Below, in pieces: positions 7,901 to 16,494 of a stretch of 64,000 nt of DNA (position 1 is the first letter of the stretch; the number at the start of each line of letters is the position of its first letter). Below the pieces are notes generated by a model. It saw only the letters and a program-made list of their open reading frames with translations. It ran no database searches and was not told where the DNA came from. The translations under genes were made by a program, and so were the position numbers. This DNA is from Gammaproteobacteria bacterium. GTDB lineage: Bacteria > Pseudomonadota > Gammaproteobacteria > Steroidobacterales > GCA-2729495. The stretch is from positions 422 to 64,421 of the forward strand of contig JADYZO010000005.1 in NCBI GenBank assembly GCA_020853135.1, in the 5' to 3' direction.

Positions 7901-10621
7901 GGCCGCATCGCGCAGGGTCGCGATCACCTCGGGCGGCAGCCGTACGGGCCGGTTGTACGCCAGGCTTACCAGCGCGTTCAACGCCTCGGTCAGCGGCAGG
8001 CCGATCTCCACGCGGGCCATCGCGACACTGCCGTTGAGCGTGTGGCACGAGCGATGGAGTTCCTCGGTGACGGCATACGGCGGTGCCGACCCGTCGCAGC
8101 GGGCGATGAAGCGGCGCAGGTTCGCCAGATGCCCGCTGGCCTCGCGCAGGAAGATGTCCAGCAGCACCGGATCCAGGCCGGCTGGCGCCGCAGGCGGGGG
8201 CACCGCGGACTCCGGCGCGGGTGGCACTGCGGTTTCGGCCGCCGGCCGTGGCTCGGGAACCGGCACGGGAGCGGCTGCCACGGCCTCCTCTTCCGGCACC
8301 GCTGCTCCCTCCGGCTCAGGCTCGGGCTCGGGCTCGGGCTCCTCCTCCATCCCGGCCACCGGGGTCGCCTGTGGCTCGGCCAGGGTCTGGACCCGGGCCA
8401 TGAGCGCGGCGAGGCCTGCCGCCGGCGCGCCACCGGCTTCGAGCTGCTCGAGCAGCGCAGGCAGCACCCTGATGCACTCCTGCAGCGTTGCCAGCAATTC
8501 GCCGCTGCGCCCGACCGTGCCGTTGATGACCCGGTTGAGGAGCACCTCGACCTTCCAGCAGAACTCACCGATGACATCGGCGCCGACCATGCGGCCGCTG
8601 CCCTTGAGCGTATGGAACGAGCGGCGCAGGGCTGCCAGGGCATTCCCGTCGGCATCATCGCGTTCCCACGCGGGGAACGCCTGGCCGATCGCGGCAATTT
8701 CCTCGCGCGCCTCCTCGATGAAGAGCTCGAGCAGCTCGGGGTCGAGCCGCTCGGGGCCGCCGCTGAACACCAGGGCTGGCGATGTACCGGCCGGCGGCCC
8801 GGCCGCCGCCGCAATGACCTGGGTGGCCTCATACTCCTGCGGTATCGCCGCCACGGTGGCGGCGGCATCGAGGCCCGCGGCATGCTCGAGATCCGCCTCG
8901 GCCCTCGCCACCGATGCGGCCTCGCCCAGCCCGGCGAGGCAACGCTCGGCGTTGTCGAGCATGTAATGCGGCTCGCTGCGCCCCGCCTGCAGGGTCTCGA
9001 GGTAGTACTCGAGCGCCACCGTCGCATCGGCCAGCCGGTCCAGGCGCGCCCGATCGGGCCGCTCCGCCGCCCTGCTGAGCAGGCCGCGGATCGCCCGCTG
9101 CAGGCCATCGACCACGCTGGCCGCCCGTTCCTTGCCGAGCATCAGCAGTCCCGCAGCAATGCCCTGCAGCTGATCGGGCACGCTGTCCAGCGCCGCGCCA
9201 TCGCCGCTCCGGTCGGTGACCTGCGTGACCGCCTCCTTCACGCGCGCCAGGTTGACCAGGCACTCGCGCATGACGGCAGGCGTCACCAGGCCGATGCCGG
9301 CGCCGCCCTCCCGCGGCACGTCGAGCGACACGACCGTGGGATCGTCGGCCTGCGGGGTGATCATGCCGATGAGGTCGCCCTCGAGGCGGTCCTCGACGCC
9401 GAGGAGCGCGGCCGCAATGCCGACCAGGGCCGCCTCGTCGGGACGCCGGCCATGGCCGATCAGTTCCTGGAGTTCCTCGCGACGCGATTGCACGGCCTCG
9501 CGCAGGTCCCCGAGGCCGAGCACCCCGAGCGTGTCGCCGATCTTCTTCAGCAGCTCGATCTGCGGGGCAAGTTCCTCGACACGCTCCATCCCGGTACGCA
9601 CGAAGATGTCCAGCACGTCCTTCACCCGCCCGAGGTCCTCGCGGATCGCCTGGGCGACCGTCTGCATGAGCTTGACGCTCGGTGCCGAGAGGCTCTGGCG
9701 CGCCTGCTCCACCTGTGCATCGCCAGGCACCAGGCCGGCGAGGTTGAAGGCCGCACGGATGGCGGCCACACGGGTGCCGCCGGTGCGGGCCCGGGCCACG
9801 TAATACAGGAGGTTGTTGACCAGGTCGACGGGGGGAACCTTGGCGAACTGGACCTCGCCGAGCGTGCGCAGCCGGCGCATCTCCCGGTCCACCTGGCCCA
9901 CCAGGCGCTTGAGCGACACGCTGGTTTCCAGCCCGCCGTCGAGCAGGGCCTCGATGACGCCTGCGGCCACCCACCAGAGCTGGTGGACCTCCCCGGCAGA
10001 GGCCGCAGCCTCCAGCCGCTCCACCACCGCCTGCATCTGGCGCAGGCTGGCCGGCGCATCATCCCCGCGGATCCAGCCGAGCAGGGCCAGCTGGAAGCGC
10101 GGGCGCAGGTCCCCCGCCAGCCGCGTCACATCCTCGCCGTTCCCGCGAACGCTGGAAGGCTGGCTCATGGCACGCGGCTCGCCACCGACATTCAGGAGCA
10201 GCAGCGTGCTTTCCGACAGCAGCGGCCGCCCCCGCGCGGCGCGCAGGTCGTTGAGCAGCGGCAGCAGCACGAGCGGGATGTCACGCCCGCCGTTGAGCAC
10301 GCGTTCCACGTAGGCCGGCAGCTGCACGGCGGCGCGCGTCAGCGCCTCGAGCGGTTCCTCGGCACCGCCGTCACGCCGCCTGAGCCTGGCCAGGTGGGCG
10401 CAGGTCTGCTCCATCTCCTCGGCGAGCAGGCTGGCGCCGTGGGTCTCCGTCATGCGCAGCACGCCCCTGGCCGTGTGCAGCAGCGCGGCCACGCGCTCCA
10501 GCGCCTGCGAACCCCCGTCACCCTCGGCGTACTGCTCCAGCAGGACGCGCGCATCGTTCAGCGTGACCGCCAGCTCGTCGCTGACGATCTGCAGCGATGC
10601 CTGTGGGATCGCGGTGCTCAT
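4901..10621 (-). CDS. chpA: Chp chemosensory histidine kinase: multiple Hpt domains, HATPase, CheW and receiver (1906 aa)
   Basis: Hpt motifs LHTARG, FHTLKGSGRM, CHTLNGS and LHTLKGGARM; HMLRNAVVHGIE; DDGRGID; GRGIGMDVV; C-terminal VVDDSITMRR receiver. Confidence 0.96.
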   Translation of the reverse strand: MSTAIPQASLQIVSDELAVTLNDARVLLEQYAEGDGGSQALERVAALLHTARGVLRMTETHGASLLAEEMEQTCAHLARLRRRDGGAEEPLEALTRAAVQLPAYVERVLNGGRDIPLVLLPLLNDLRAARGRPLLSESTLLLLNVGGEPRAMSQPSSVRGNGEDVTRLAGDLRPRFQLALLGWIRGDDAPASLRQMQAVVERLEAAASAGEVHQLWWVAAGVIEALLDGGLETSVSLKRLVGQVDREMRRLRTLGEVQFAKVPPVDLVNNLLYYVARARTGGTRVAAIRAAFNLAGLVPGDAQVEQARQSLSAPSVKLMQTVAQAIREDLGRVKDVLDIFVRTGMERVEELAPQIELLKKIGDTLGVLGLGDLREAVQSRREELQELIGHGRRPDEAALVGIAAALLGVEDRLEGDLIGMITPQADDPTVVSLDVPREGGAGIGLVTPAVMRECLVNLARVKEAVTQVTDRSGDGAALDSVPDQLQGIAAGLLMLGKERAASVVDGLQRAIRGLLSRAAERPDRARLDRLADATVALEYYLETLQAGRSEPHYMLDNAERCLAGLGEAASVARAEADLEHAAGLDAAATVAAIPQEYEATQVIAAAAGPPAGTSPALVFSGGPERLDPELLELFIEEAREEIAAIGQAFPAWERDDADGNALAALRRSFHTLKGSGRMVGADVIGEFCWKVEVLLNRVINGTVGRSGELLATLQECIRVLPALLEQLEAGGAPAAGLAALMARVQTLAEPQATPVAGMEEEPEPEPEPEPEGAAVPEEEAVAAAPVPVPEPRPAAETAVPPAPESAVPPPAAPAGLDPVLLDIFLREASGHLANLRRFIARCDGSAPPYAVTEELHRSCHTLNGSVAMARVEIGLPLTEALNALVSLAYNRPVRLPPEVIATLRDAAARIEALVAYLAEPWRPVPETADLVQRLHDHAGVLDHAQEEPLERTGEVTALLQPAPGADFQLPEDSIVVEELPLPEVIELTAEFPAALDLVEPDAVAAWPAGEQPEPQPEPEPQPEPQPEPELAPEPEPEPWSQPEPEPEPEAGPLHVPAPELAPAAPFPAAAAAPAVLPYDPEIAAIFAEEAAELLEAADGAVARLAGDGGGAIDEQAMADLQRHLHTLKGGARMAGLGIMGNFSHDLETLLIRVGEGLIPRDPAFGDLLQASLDELHRLREDAITGEQRPLAVHLAARVRAALAAEPIPAAEPAAVAAPVLPLPVEPVAAAPVLPPAPELVVPPIAGTVEPVQTPAGAELPEISLPALERIGQLARELEQPAAIAASSAPASEPAAMVMPARGPVAERRETARVDSVLLDQLLNNAGEISIFQSRLGQQVNLIQFNLEELGATVVRLREQLRKLELETEAQILFRHQDDVGGRGDFDPLELDRYSTIQQLSRSLAETTTDVNSLKDLLQNMARDTEALLVQQARTATELQDGLMRTRMVPFHQHAPRLARLVRQTALELGKRAELQLQGGGELDRQVLERMLGPFEHMLRNAVVHGIEAPAERTAAGKPATGSIFINLRREGSEAVVEIADDGRGIDVASVRRKAAELGFIEPGSAVGDEEAMQFILRPGFSTADQLTQAAGRGIGMDVVTSEVARLGGSLRIDSAAGRGTTFTIRLPFTLAVTQALIVRCGVELYALPLPTVEGVIRISRSELLARLGVPQPAIEYGGHAYRFRHLGEYLGLGPARIPEEQGRVSVILVRAGEHSTALIVDEMQDSREIVVKPVGPQLATIRGIAGATILGDGRIAVILDMGILVRTARPEATVRAPVAEPAARGPLALVVDDSITMRRVTQRLLERNGFRVVTAKDGLEAISVLQDHRPDIILLDVEMPRMDGYEFAKHVRNNAATAAVPIVMITSRVSDKHRARAIEVGVNDYLGKPYQERALLEAVRRQLGQA
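7475..7592 (-). repeat. Degenerate 6-bp tandem repeat encoding a Pro-Glu/Pro-Gln linker in ChpA
   Basis: Runs of ttccgg/ggctcc units on the + strand encoding EQPEPQPEPEPQPEPQPEPELAPEPEPEPWSQPEPEPEPE. Confidence 0.9.
8310..8348 (-). repeat. Second Pro-Glu repeat in ChpA
   Basis: ggctcg hexamer run encoding EEEPEPEPEPE. Confidence 0.85.
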
Positions 10622-10650
10622 CGCCGGATGGAGTGCGTGCCAACCAGCCG

Positions 10651-12666
10651 TCAGGCCGATCTCTTGCCGATGACCCGCAGCCCGCGTTCCCCGTAGCGCG
10701 CCACCTCGCCGGATGGCGGCGTCCCGCGCGATCCCGGCTCGTGTTCATGACGCGCATCGATCACGCCAGCCGGCAGCCGGAAGCCGGTCACCGAGCGGCG
10801 CAGCTGGGCGGCCAGCTCGGCGAGCTTGCTGATCGACTCGCGGGTCGTGCTGGTGCCCGACGCGGTCTGGGCATTGATCTGCTGCAGCAGTTCGACGATG
10901 CGGATCACCGCCGCCGCGGCACCCGCCTGCTCGCGCGCCGAGTTGGAGATGTTCTGCACCAGGCTGGCGATCTGGCTGGACACCTGCTCGATTTCCTCCA
11001 GCGCGGCGCCGGCATTCTCCGCGAGCAGCGCGCCGCCCACCACGTCGGTGGTGCTGCGCTCCATCGAGACGATGGCCTCGTTGGTGTCGGCCTGGATGGT
11101 GCGCACCAGGACCTCGATCTGCTTGGTCGCATTGGCCGAGCGCTCCGCCAGACGCTGGACCTCGTCGGCCACCACCGCGAAGCCGCGGCCCGCCTCGCCG
11201 GCCATCGAAGCCTGGATGGAGGCATTGAGCGCAAGGATGTTGGTCTGGTCCGCGATGTCGTTGATGAGCTCGACAATGTTGCCGATCTCCTGCGAGCTCT
11301 CGCCCAGCCGCTTGATGCGCTTGGAGGTGTCCTGGATGGTCTCGCGGATCGCGTTCATGCCTTCGATGGTGCGCCGCACCGCCTCGCCACCCTTGTGGGC
11401 GACATCGACCGAATGGCGCGCGACGTCGGAGGAGCGCTCGGCGTCGCCGGAGACCTCCTCGATGGAGCCGACCATGCGGCCGATCGCCTGCGAGGCGGAT
11501 TCGACCTGCCGGGACTGGGCCTCGCTGGCCTGCGCCAGCTGGGTGGCCGTGCCCTCGGCGCTGCGCGCCGCGCCATCGAGCATGATGGCGCTCTCGTTGA
11601 TGGTGGTGACCAGTTCGCGCAGCGCCTCCACGGCATAGTTGATCGAGTCGGCAATGGCGCCGGTGATGTCCTCGGTGACGGTCGCCTGCACGGTCAGGTC
11701 GCCGTCGGCGAGGCTGGACAGCTCGTCGAGCAGGCGCAGGATGGCCTGCTGGTTGCGGTCCACCTCGTCGCTGACCAGTGGCAGCGGCGTGGCAGGCGGA
11801 GCCTGCAGGTACACCCAGGCCATCGCCGCAAGGATCACCGCCGCCAGCACCAGCAGGCCGATGACCAGCACGTCACGGGCCGGCGCGCCGCCAGCCCCCG
11901 CCGCGGCCTCCGGGGCACTCGCCAGGCGCAGGGCTGCCTGGTCGATCTGGCGCGATGCCTGGGCGATGAGGTCGAGCCGGTCCCCCAGGGCGCGGGCATC
12001 ACGCACCCGGGTGAACACCCGGTCCCGCGCAGCCGCCAGGCGGGCGAGGGCCTCCAGCGCGCGCGCGCCGCTCACGGCCTTCAGGTTGAGCTCGGGGTCA
12101 CCACCCTGCAGGCCGAGGATGATCTGCGCCACGTCGATCTCGGTCTGTCCCAGCGTGTTGGCGACGTCGGTCGGCTTGGCCGGACCCGTCACCAGCGCAC
12201 GCACCTGCGGTACGAGGCCGTCCATGATCGTGCCCAGGCGCCTGAGCTGGGCCCCCGTGGCGGCCTGGCTGCCGGCGGCGAACTGCAGTTCCTCCGCCTC
12301 CCGGCGCACCACCGGCGTGAGCTTTTCGAGGTCGGCGATGATCGCGTAGGTGCCGAGGATCTCCGGACGGCCCTTGCTGATGATGGCCGCACTCGAGCGC
12401 AGCTGCGCCAGGAGCGGTGAATCCCCACCCCCGGGCGCGGCCTCGAGCTGGGGCAGGGTGCGGGCCAGCGCATCGAAAGCCTGCGGCGACCCGCGCAACG
12501 CCTCCCGCGCCTGCACGATGACGGTCTGCAGGTCCGGCCCGGCGCCAGCGGCGCCCGCCGACGCACCCGGGCCCTTGAACACCAGCGCCATGGTGCCCAC
12601 CAGCACCAGGAACATGCACAAGGCGAGAATGACCAGATTCCGCGACCGGTTGCCGTTGTTCAACAT
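10651..12666 (-). CDS. pilJ: Methyl-accepting chemotaxis protein of the Pil-Chp system
   Basis: Two TM helices, HAMP-like segment LADGDLTVQA, hairpin QTNILALNASIQASMAGEAGRGFAVVADEV. Confidence 0.95.
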   Translation of the reverse strand: MLNNGNRSRNLVILALCMFLVLVGTMALVFKGPGASAGAAGAGPDLQTVIVQAREALRGSPQAFDALARTLPQLEAAPGGGDSPLLAQLRSSAAIISKGRPEILGTYAIIADLEKLTPVVRREAEELQFAAGSQAATGAQLRRLGTIMDGLVPQVRALVTGPAKPTDVANTLGQTEIDVAQIILGLQGGDPELNLKAVSGARALEALARLAAARDRVFTRVRDARALGDRLDLIAQASRQIDQAALRLASAPEAAAGAGGAPARDVLVIGLLVLAAVILAAMAWVYLQAPPATPLPLVSDEVDRNQQAILRLLDELSSLADGDLTVQATVTEDITGAIADSINYAVEALRELVTTINESAIMLDGAARSAEGTATQLAQASEAQSRQVESASQAIGRMVGSIEEVSGDAERSSDVARHSVDVAHKGGEAVRRTIEGMNAIRETIQDTSKRIKRLGESSQEIGNIVELINDIADQTNILALNASIQASMAGEAGRGFAVVADEVQRLAERSANATKQIEVLVRTIQADTNEAIVSMERSTTDVVGGALLAENAGAALEEIEQVSSQIASLVQNISNSAREQAGAAAAVIRIVELLQQINAQTASGTSTTRESISKLAELAAQLRRSVTGFRLPAGVIDARHEHEPGSRGTPPSGEVARYGERGLRVIGKRSA

Positions 12667-12750
12667 GTGCTCTGCATCCTCCAGACCGGGCGCGGCCAGC
12701 GCGCCACTCCTGTTGTCCTGTCCTGCATCGCCGGGTGGGCGAAACCCCGG

Positions 12751-13323
12751 TCAATCCTCAGCCGCCCGCTGGAACTCGCGGCTCAGCAGCAGCTTCTCCA
12801 CACGCAGCACCGGCCACACTTCCAGGCCGCGGCGGAAGGCCCCGTCGAGGTAGCGGGCCACCCTGAGTGCCGGCTGCGGGAACTCCGTCACGCGCTCGCG
12901 CGGCACGAACCTGCGAAAGCCATACACCTCGTCCACGATCAGGCCCACCGGGAACTCGCTGCTGTGGACCACCAGTACCCGCGCATTGCGTTCGGTGCCG
13001 CCAGCGCCAGCACCCAGGAAGCCACGCAGGTCGGCCAGCGGCAGCAGGTGTCCGCGCACGTTGGCCAACCCGCGCATCCAGTCCCTCGCCCCGGGCACCC
13101 GGGTGAGCGCCGGCGGCAGCATGAGCACCTCGCGGACCTCTTCCCGGGCCACCACGAAGCGCTCGTTGCCGAGCCGCAGGCCGATCCCGACCCACTCCTC
13201 GCCCTGGGCATCATCGCCAGGGCCGCCGGTGAGGGCCACCCTGCAGCGCCTTTCGATCTCGCGCAGGAGCTCGAAGGGGTGCTCCTTCAGGGTCCGCAGC
13301 CCGATGCCCGCCGGGGTTGTCAC
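12751..13323 (-). CDS. pilI: CheW-like coupling protein
   Basis: TRVPGARDWMRGLANVRGHLLPLADL; lies between pilH and pilJ. Confidence 0.9.
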   Translation of the reverse strand: MTTPAGIGLRTLKEHPFELLREIERRCRVALTGGPGDDAQGEEWVGIGLRLGNERFVVAREEVREVLMLPPALTRVPGARDWMRGLANVRGHLLPLADLRGFLGAGAGGTERNARVLVVHSSEFPVGLIVDEVYGFRRFVPRERVTEFPQPALRVARYLDGAFRRGLEVWPVLRVEKLLLSREFQRAAED

Positions 13324-13333
13324 GACGGCCAGG

Positions 13334-13699
13334 TCACGACCTGAGGTTGGCCCGCACCGCCGCCACCAGCTCGTCGTCCCCGACCGGCTTGGTGATGAAG
13401 CTGACGGCGCCCTGGCGCAGCCCCCAGATGCGATCGGTTTCCTGGTGCTTGGAAGTCACGATCACCACCGGGATGGACGCCGTGGCCGGGTTCTTCGTCA
13501 GGTGCCGGGTGGCCTGGAAGCCATTCATGCCAGGCATGACGATGTCCATCAGGATCACGTCAGGGTGCTCGCGCTCGGCAAGCGTGATCGCCTCCTCGCC
13601 CTCGCTCGCCACGAGCGTGTCGAAGCCGTGGCGCTGGAGCGCCTGGGAAATCACGTGCTGGTCGGTCGGGGAATCATCGACGATGAGTACCAATGCCAT
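13334..13699 (-). CDS. pilH: Single-domain response regulator
   Basis: VLIVDDSPTD, ILMDIVMPGMNGFQATR, WGLRQGA. Confidence 0.93.
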   Translation of the reverse strand: MALVLIVDDSPTDQHVISQALQRHGFDTLVASEGEEAITLAEREHPDVILMDIVMPGMNGFQATRHLTKNPATASIPVVIVTSKHQETDRIWGLRQGAVSFITKPVGDDELVAAVRANLRS

Positions 13700-13723
13700 G
13701 ACTGCATCCTCCGGCCAGCCGCA

Positions 13724-14161
13724 TCAGCGCGACATGTGACCCCTGATCGCCCCCAGCAGTTCGTCCTTGGTGAATGGCTTGGTGAGGTAGTGTTCCGAGC
13801 CGACGATGCGCCCCCTGGCGCGATCGAACAGGCCGTCCTTGGAGGACAGCATGATCACCGGCGTATCCTTGAATGTCCGGTTGTGCTTGATCAGCGCGCA
13901 GGTCTGGTAGCCATCGAGCCGGGGCATCATGATGTCCACGAAGATGACGTCGGGGCGGTGGTCGGCGATCTTGGCCAGCGCGTCGAAACCATCGACGGCC
14001 GTGTACACCTGGCAGCCTTCCCTGGAGAGCAGGGTCTCTGCTGTCCGGCGGATGGTCTTGCTGTCGTCGATCACCAGGATCTTCAGCCCATGCAGATCGC
14101 CGGAACCTTCAGCCGTCACCGAGCCCTCCGTGCGGAAAACCTGCTTTTGCCCTTTTAACAT
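13724..14161 (-). CDS. pilG: Single-domain response regulator
   Basis: VIDDSKTIRRTAETLL, FVDIMMPRLDGYQTCALIK, FDRARGRIVGS; the true start may be a few codons downstream. Confidence 0.95.
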   Translation of the reverse strand: MLKGQKQVFRTEGSVTAEGSGDLHGLKILVIDDSKTIRRTAETLLSREGCQVYTAVDGFDALAKIADHRPDVIFVDIMMPRLDGYQTCALIKHNRTFKDTPVIMLSSKDGLFDRARGRIVGSEHYLTKPFTKDELLGAIRGHMSR

Positions 14162-14404
14162 AACGATAGAGGCTCATCCACGCCTTGTGCCCGGCCGCCG
14201 GCGGGCAAACCCATGGCAGGCGGATGCGTCACGCCCCGGCGGGCGCTCCGGCCCGGCACGACAGCAACCCCTTCCGGATGCACACGACAACCCCGTGTGT
14301 GCGCCGTCGGGATCATAACGCCGCGCTGGTGATATTTCAGCAACCGTAGGTGAGAATTGCATTTTTGCCGTCTGCGTCACAATTCAGGGCGGGGAGAACC
14401 ACCA

Positions 14405-15364
14405 GTGGCCAGCACCGTTCGTCTCGGGGTCGTCATGGATCCCATCGGCAGCATCAAGCCGGCCAAGGACAGCACGCTCGCCATGCTGCTGGCCGCCCAG
14501 GCACGCGGCATGGAACTGTTCTACTTTGAACAGAATGACCTGCGCATCCGCGACGGCGAGGCGCTCGGTCATGCCCGCCGCCTGCGGGTCCATGACCATG
14601 AGCAGCGGTGGTTCGAGTTCGGCAGCAGCGAGGAGCTGCGGCTCGGCAGCCTCGATGTGATCCTGATGCGCAAGGATCCCCCGTTCGACACCGAGTACAT
14701 CTACACCACCTACATCCTCGAGCGCGCCGAACAGGCGGGCGCCCTGGTCATCAACCGCCCGGCGGCCCTGCGCGACATCAACGAGAAGGCCTTCACCGCC
14801 TGGTTCCCGCAGTGCTGTCCCGCCACGCTGATCACCCGGTCGATGGCCGACATGCGCAGCTTCCTCGCGGAGCACGAGGCGGTCGTCGTCAAGCCCCTGC
14901 ACAGCATGGGCGGGCGCTCGATCTTCGTGGTGCGCAAGGGGGACCTCAACGCCAACGTCATCTTCGAGACCCTGACCGGCGACGGGACGCGCCACGCCAT
15001 GGTCCAGCGCTATATCCCGGAGATCCGCCACGGCGACAAGCGCATCCTGCTGGTCAACGGCGGCATGCCGGCCCGGGTGCTGGCGCGGATACCGGCCGCC
15101 GACGACAATCGCGGCAACCTCGTGATGGGTGCCGCCCCCGAACTGCGCCCGCTGACCGACCGCGACCGCTGGATCGCCGGCGAGGTGGGCCCGGTGCTGC
15201 GCGAACGCGGCGTGCTGTTCGCCGGCATCGACGTGATCGGCGACTATCTCACCGAGGTCAACGTCACCAGCCCGACCGGCATCCGGGAACTGAAGAAATA
15301 CGGCGACATCGACCTGGCCGCCGAATTCCTCGATGTGGTGGCCGGGCGTCTGCGCGCGCGCTGA
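14405..15364 (+). CDS. gshB: Glutathione synthetase
   Basis: VMDPIGSIKPAKDSTLAML, MRKDPPFD, NEK, GIDVIGDYLTEVNVTSPT; GTG at 14405. Confidence 0.96.
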   Translation: MASTVRLGVVMDPIGSIKPAKDSTLAMLLAAQARGMELFYFEQNDLRIRDGEALGHARRLRVHDHEQRWFEFGSSEELRLGSLDVILMRKDPPFDTEYIYTTYILERAEQAGALVINRPAALRDINEKAFTAWFPQCCPATLITRSMADMRSFLAEHEAVVVKPLHSMGGRSIFVVRKGDLNANVIFETLTGDGTRHAMVQRYIPEIRHGDKRILLVNGGMPARVLARIPAADDNRGNLVMGAAPELRPLTDRDRWIAGEVGPVLRERGVLFAGIDVIGDYLTEVNVTSPTGIRELKKYGDIDLAAEFLDVVAGRLRAR

Positions 15365-16352
15365 GGCGCCCGCCGGCGCGGCGCTCCTCGCGACACTGCT
15401 CCTCGGCGGCTGCCAGGAGCCGACGCCGGTCCTCGAGCGCATCATCCCGGTCTTCGGCACGATCGTGCAGGTCGAGGTCGCCGGGGCCGACCCGGCGGCG
15501 GCCGATGCCGCACTCGACGGCATCGAGGCCCTGTACCGGCGCATCGACGTGGACTGGCGCTCGTTCGGACCCGGCGAACTCGGCCGGGCCAACGCCCGGC
15601 TGGCCGCCGGCGAGCCGGTGCTGCTGTCGGCCGGGCTGGCCCACCTCGTGGCGCGCAGCCTCGAGGTGCGCGAACTGTCCGGTGGCCTCTTCGACCCACG
15701 CGTCGGGCCGCTCATCCGCCTCTGGCGCTTCGACGACCTGGCGCATGCCACGCCGGCCGCCCCGCCGGATGAGGCCGCCATCGATGCGGCGCGTGCCGCC
15801 CTGCAGGCCGCGGTGCTGCACCTCGATGGCCGGCAACTCAGCACCGCTGCACCCGTGACACTGGAACTCGCGGGCATCGCCAAGGGCAGCGCACTGGCCG
15901 CGGGCGCAGCCATGCTGCGGGCTGCCGGCATCCACAGCGCACTCATCGTCGCCGGCGGCGACGTGCTGGCGCTCGGCAGCCGTGGCCCGCGGCCCTGGCG
16001 CATCGGCGTGCGCGACCCGCTCGGCCCCGGGGTGCTCGGCCGCATCGACCTCCTCGACGGCGAGGCCGCCGTGTCCTCGGGCAACTACGAGCGCCAGTTC
16101 AGCGCCGGCGGGCGGCGCTACCACCACATCATCGACCCGCGCACCGGCCACCCTGCACGCGGTGCAGCAGGCACCACCGTCATCGGCCGGGATCCGGAGC
16201 TCGCCAATGCCGCTGCCACCACGCTCCTGGTGGGCGGCCCGGCGGCATTCACCGGGCTGGCCCGGCAGCTCGGCATCGACTGCGCCCTGCTGGTCACCGA
16301 AGACGGCCAGCGCCTCACCACACCATGCATGGCCCGGCGCCTGCGGCCATGA
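15333..16352 (+). CDS. apbE: FAD:protein FMN transferase (ApbE family), lipoprotein
   Basis: Lipobox LGGC, GLFDPRVGPL, GIAKG, AGGDV, SSGNYERQF, HHIIDPRTG; ATG overlaps the gshB end by 32 nt. Confidence 0.9.
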   Translation: MWWPGVCARAEAPAGAALLATLLLGGCQEPTPVLERIIPVFGTIVQVEVAGADPAAADAALDGIEALYRRIDVDWRSFGPGELGRANARLAAGEPVLLSAGLAHLVARSLEVRELSGGLFDPRVGPLIRLWRFDDLAHATPAAPPDEAAIDAARAALQAAVLHLDGRQLSTAAPVTLELAGIAKGSALAAGAAMLRAAGIHSALIVAGGDVLALGSRGPRPWRIGVRDPLGPGVLGRIDLLDGEAAVSSGNYERQFSAGGRRYHHIIDPRTGHPARGAAGTTVIGRDPELANAAATTLLVGGPAAFTGLARQLGIDCALLVTEDGQRLTTPCMARRLRP

Positions 16353-16413
16353 CCCGCCCGTCGGGGCGGGCGCAATCCTGTGATGGAATACCGACTGGCG
16401 CAGACCCACCACG

Positions 16414-16419
16414 TATAAT
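16414..16419 (+). promoter_or_regulatory. Candidate sigma70 -10 element upstream of tonB
   Basis: Perfect TATAAT in a GC-rich intergenic gap; no clear -35. Confidence 0.45.
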
Positions 16420-16494
16420 GCACGGGTGCGCTGCACGGGGTGAGCGACCCCGGCGCGGGCGGTGGTGGTGGATCCACAGGTGCGACGGACAGCG

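Noticed and set aside
4865-10696. 1943-aa plus-strand ORF
   Set aside because: Antisense shadow of chpA caused by high-GC codon bias; no recognisable domain
14203-14272. c-di-GMP-I riboswitch-like words (GGGCAAAC...GGATGC...CCGG...GACAGC)
   Set aside because: No GNRA-capped P2 stem or GCAAAG segment, and it faces gshB rather than pilG; an Rfam cmscan would settle it
14366-14381. CRP/Vfr-like site (TGCCG-N6-TCACA) in the pilG-gshB spacer
   Set aside because: Only one good half-site; too weak to call
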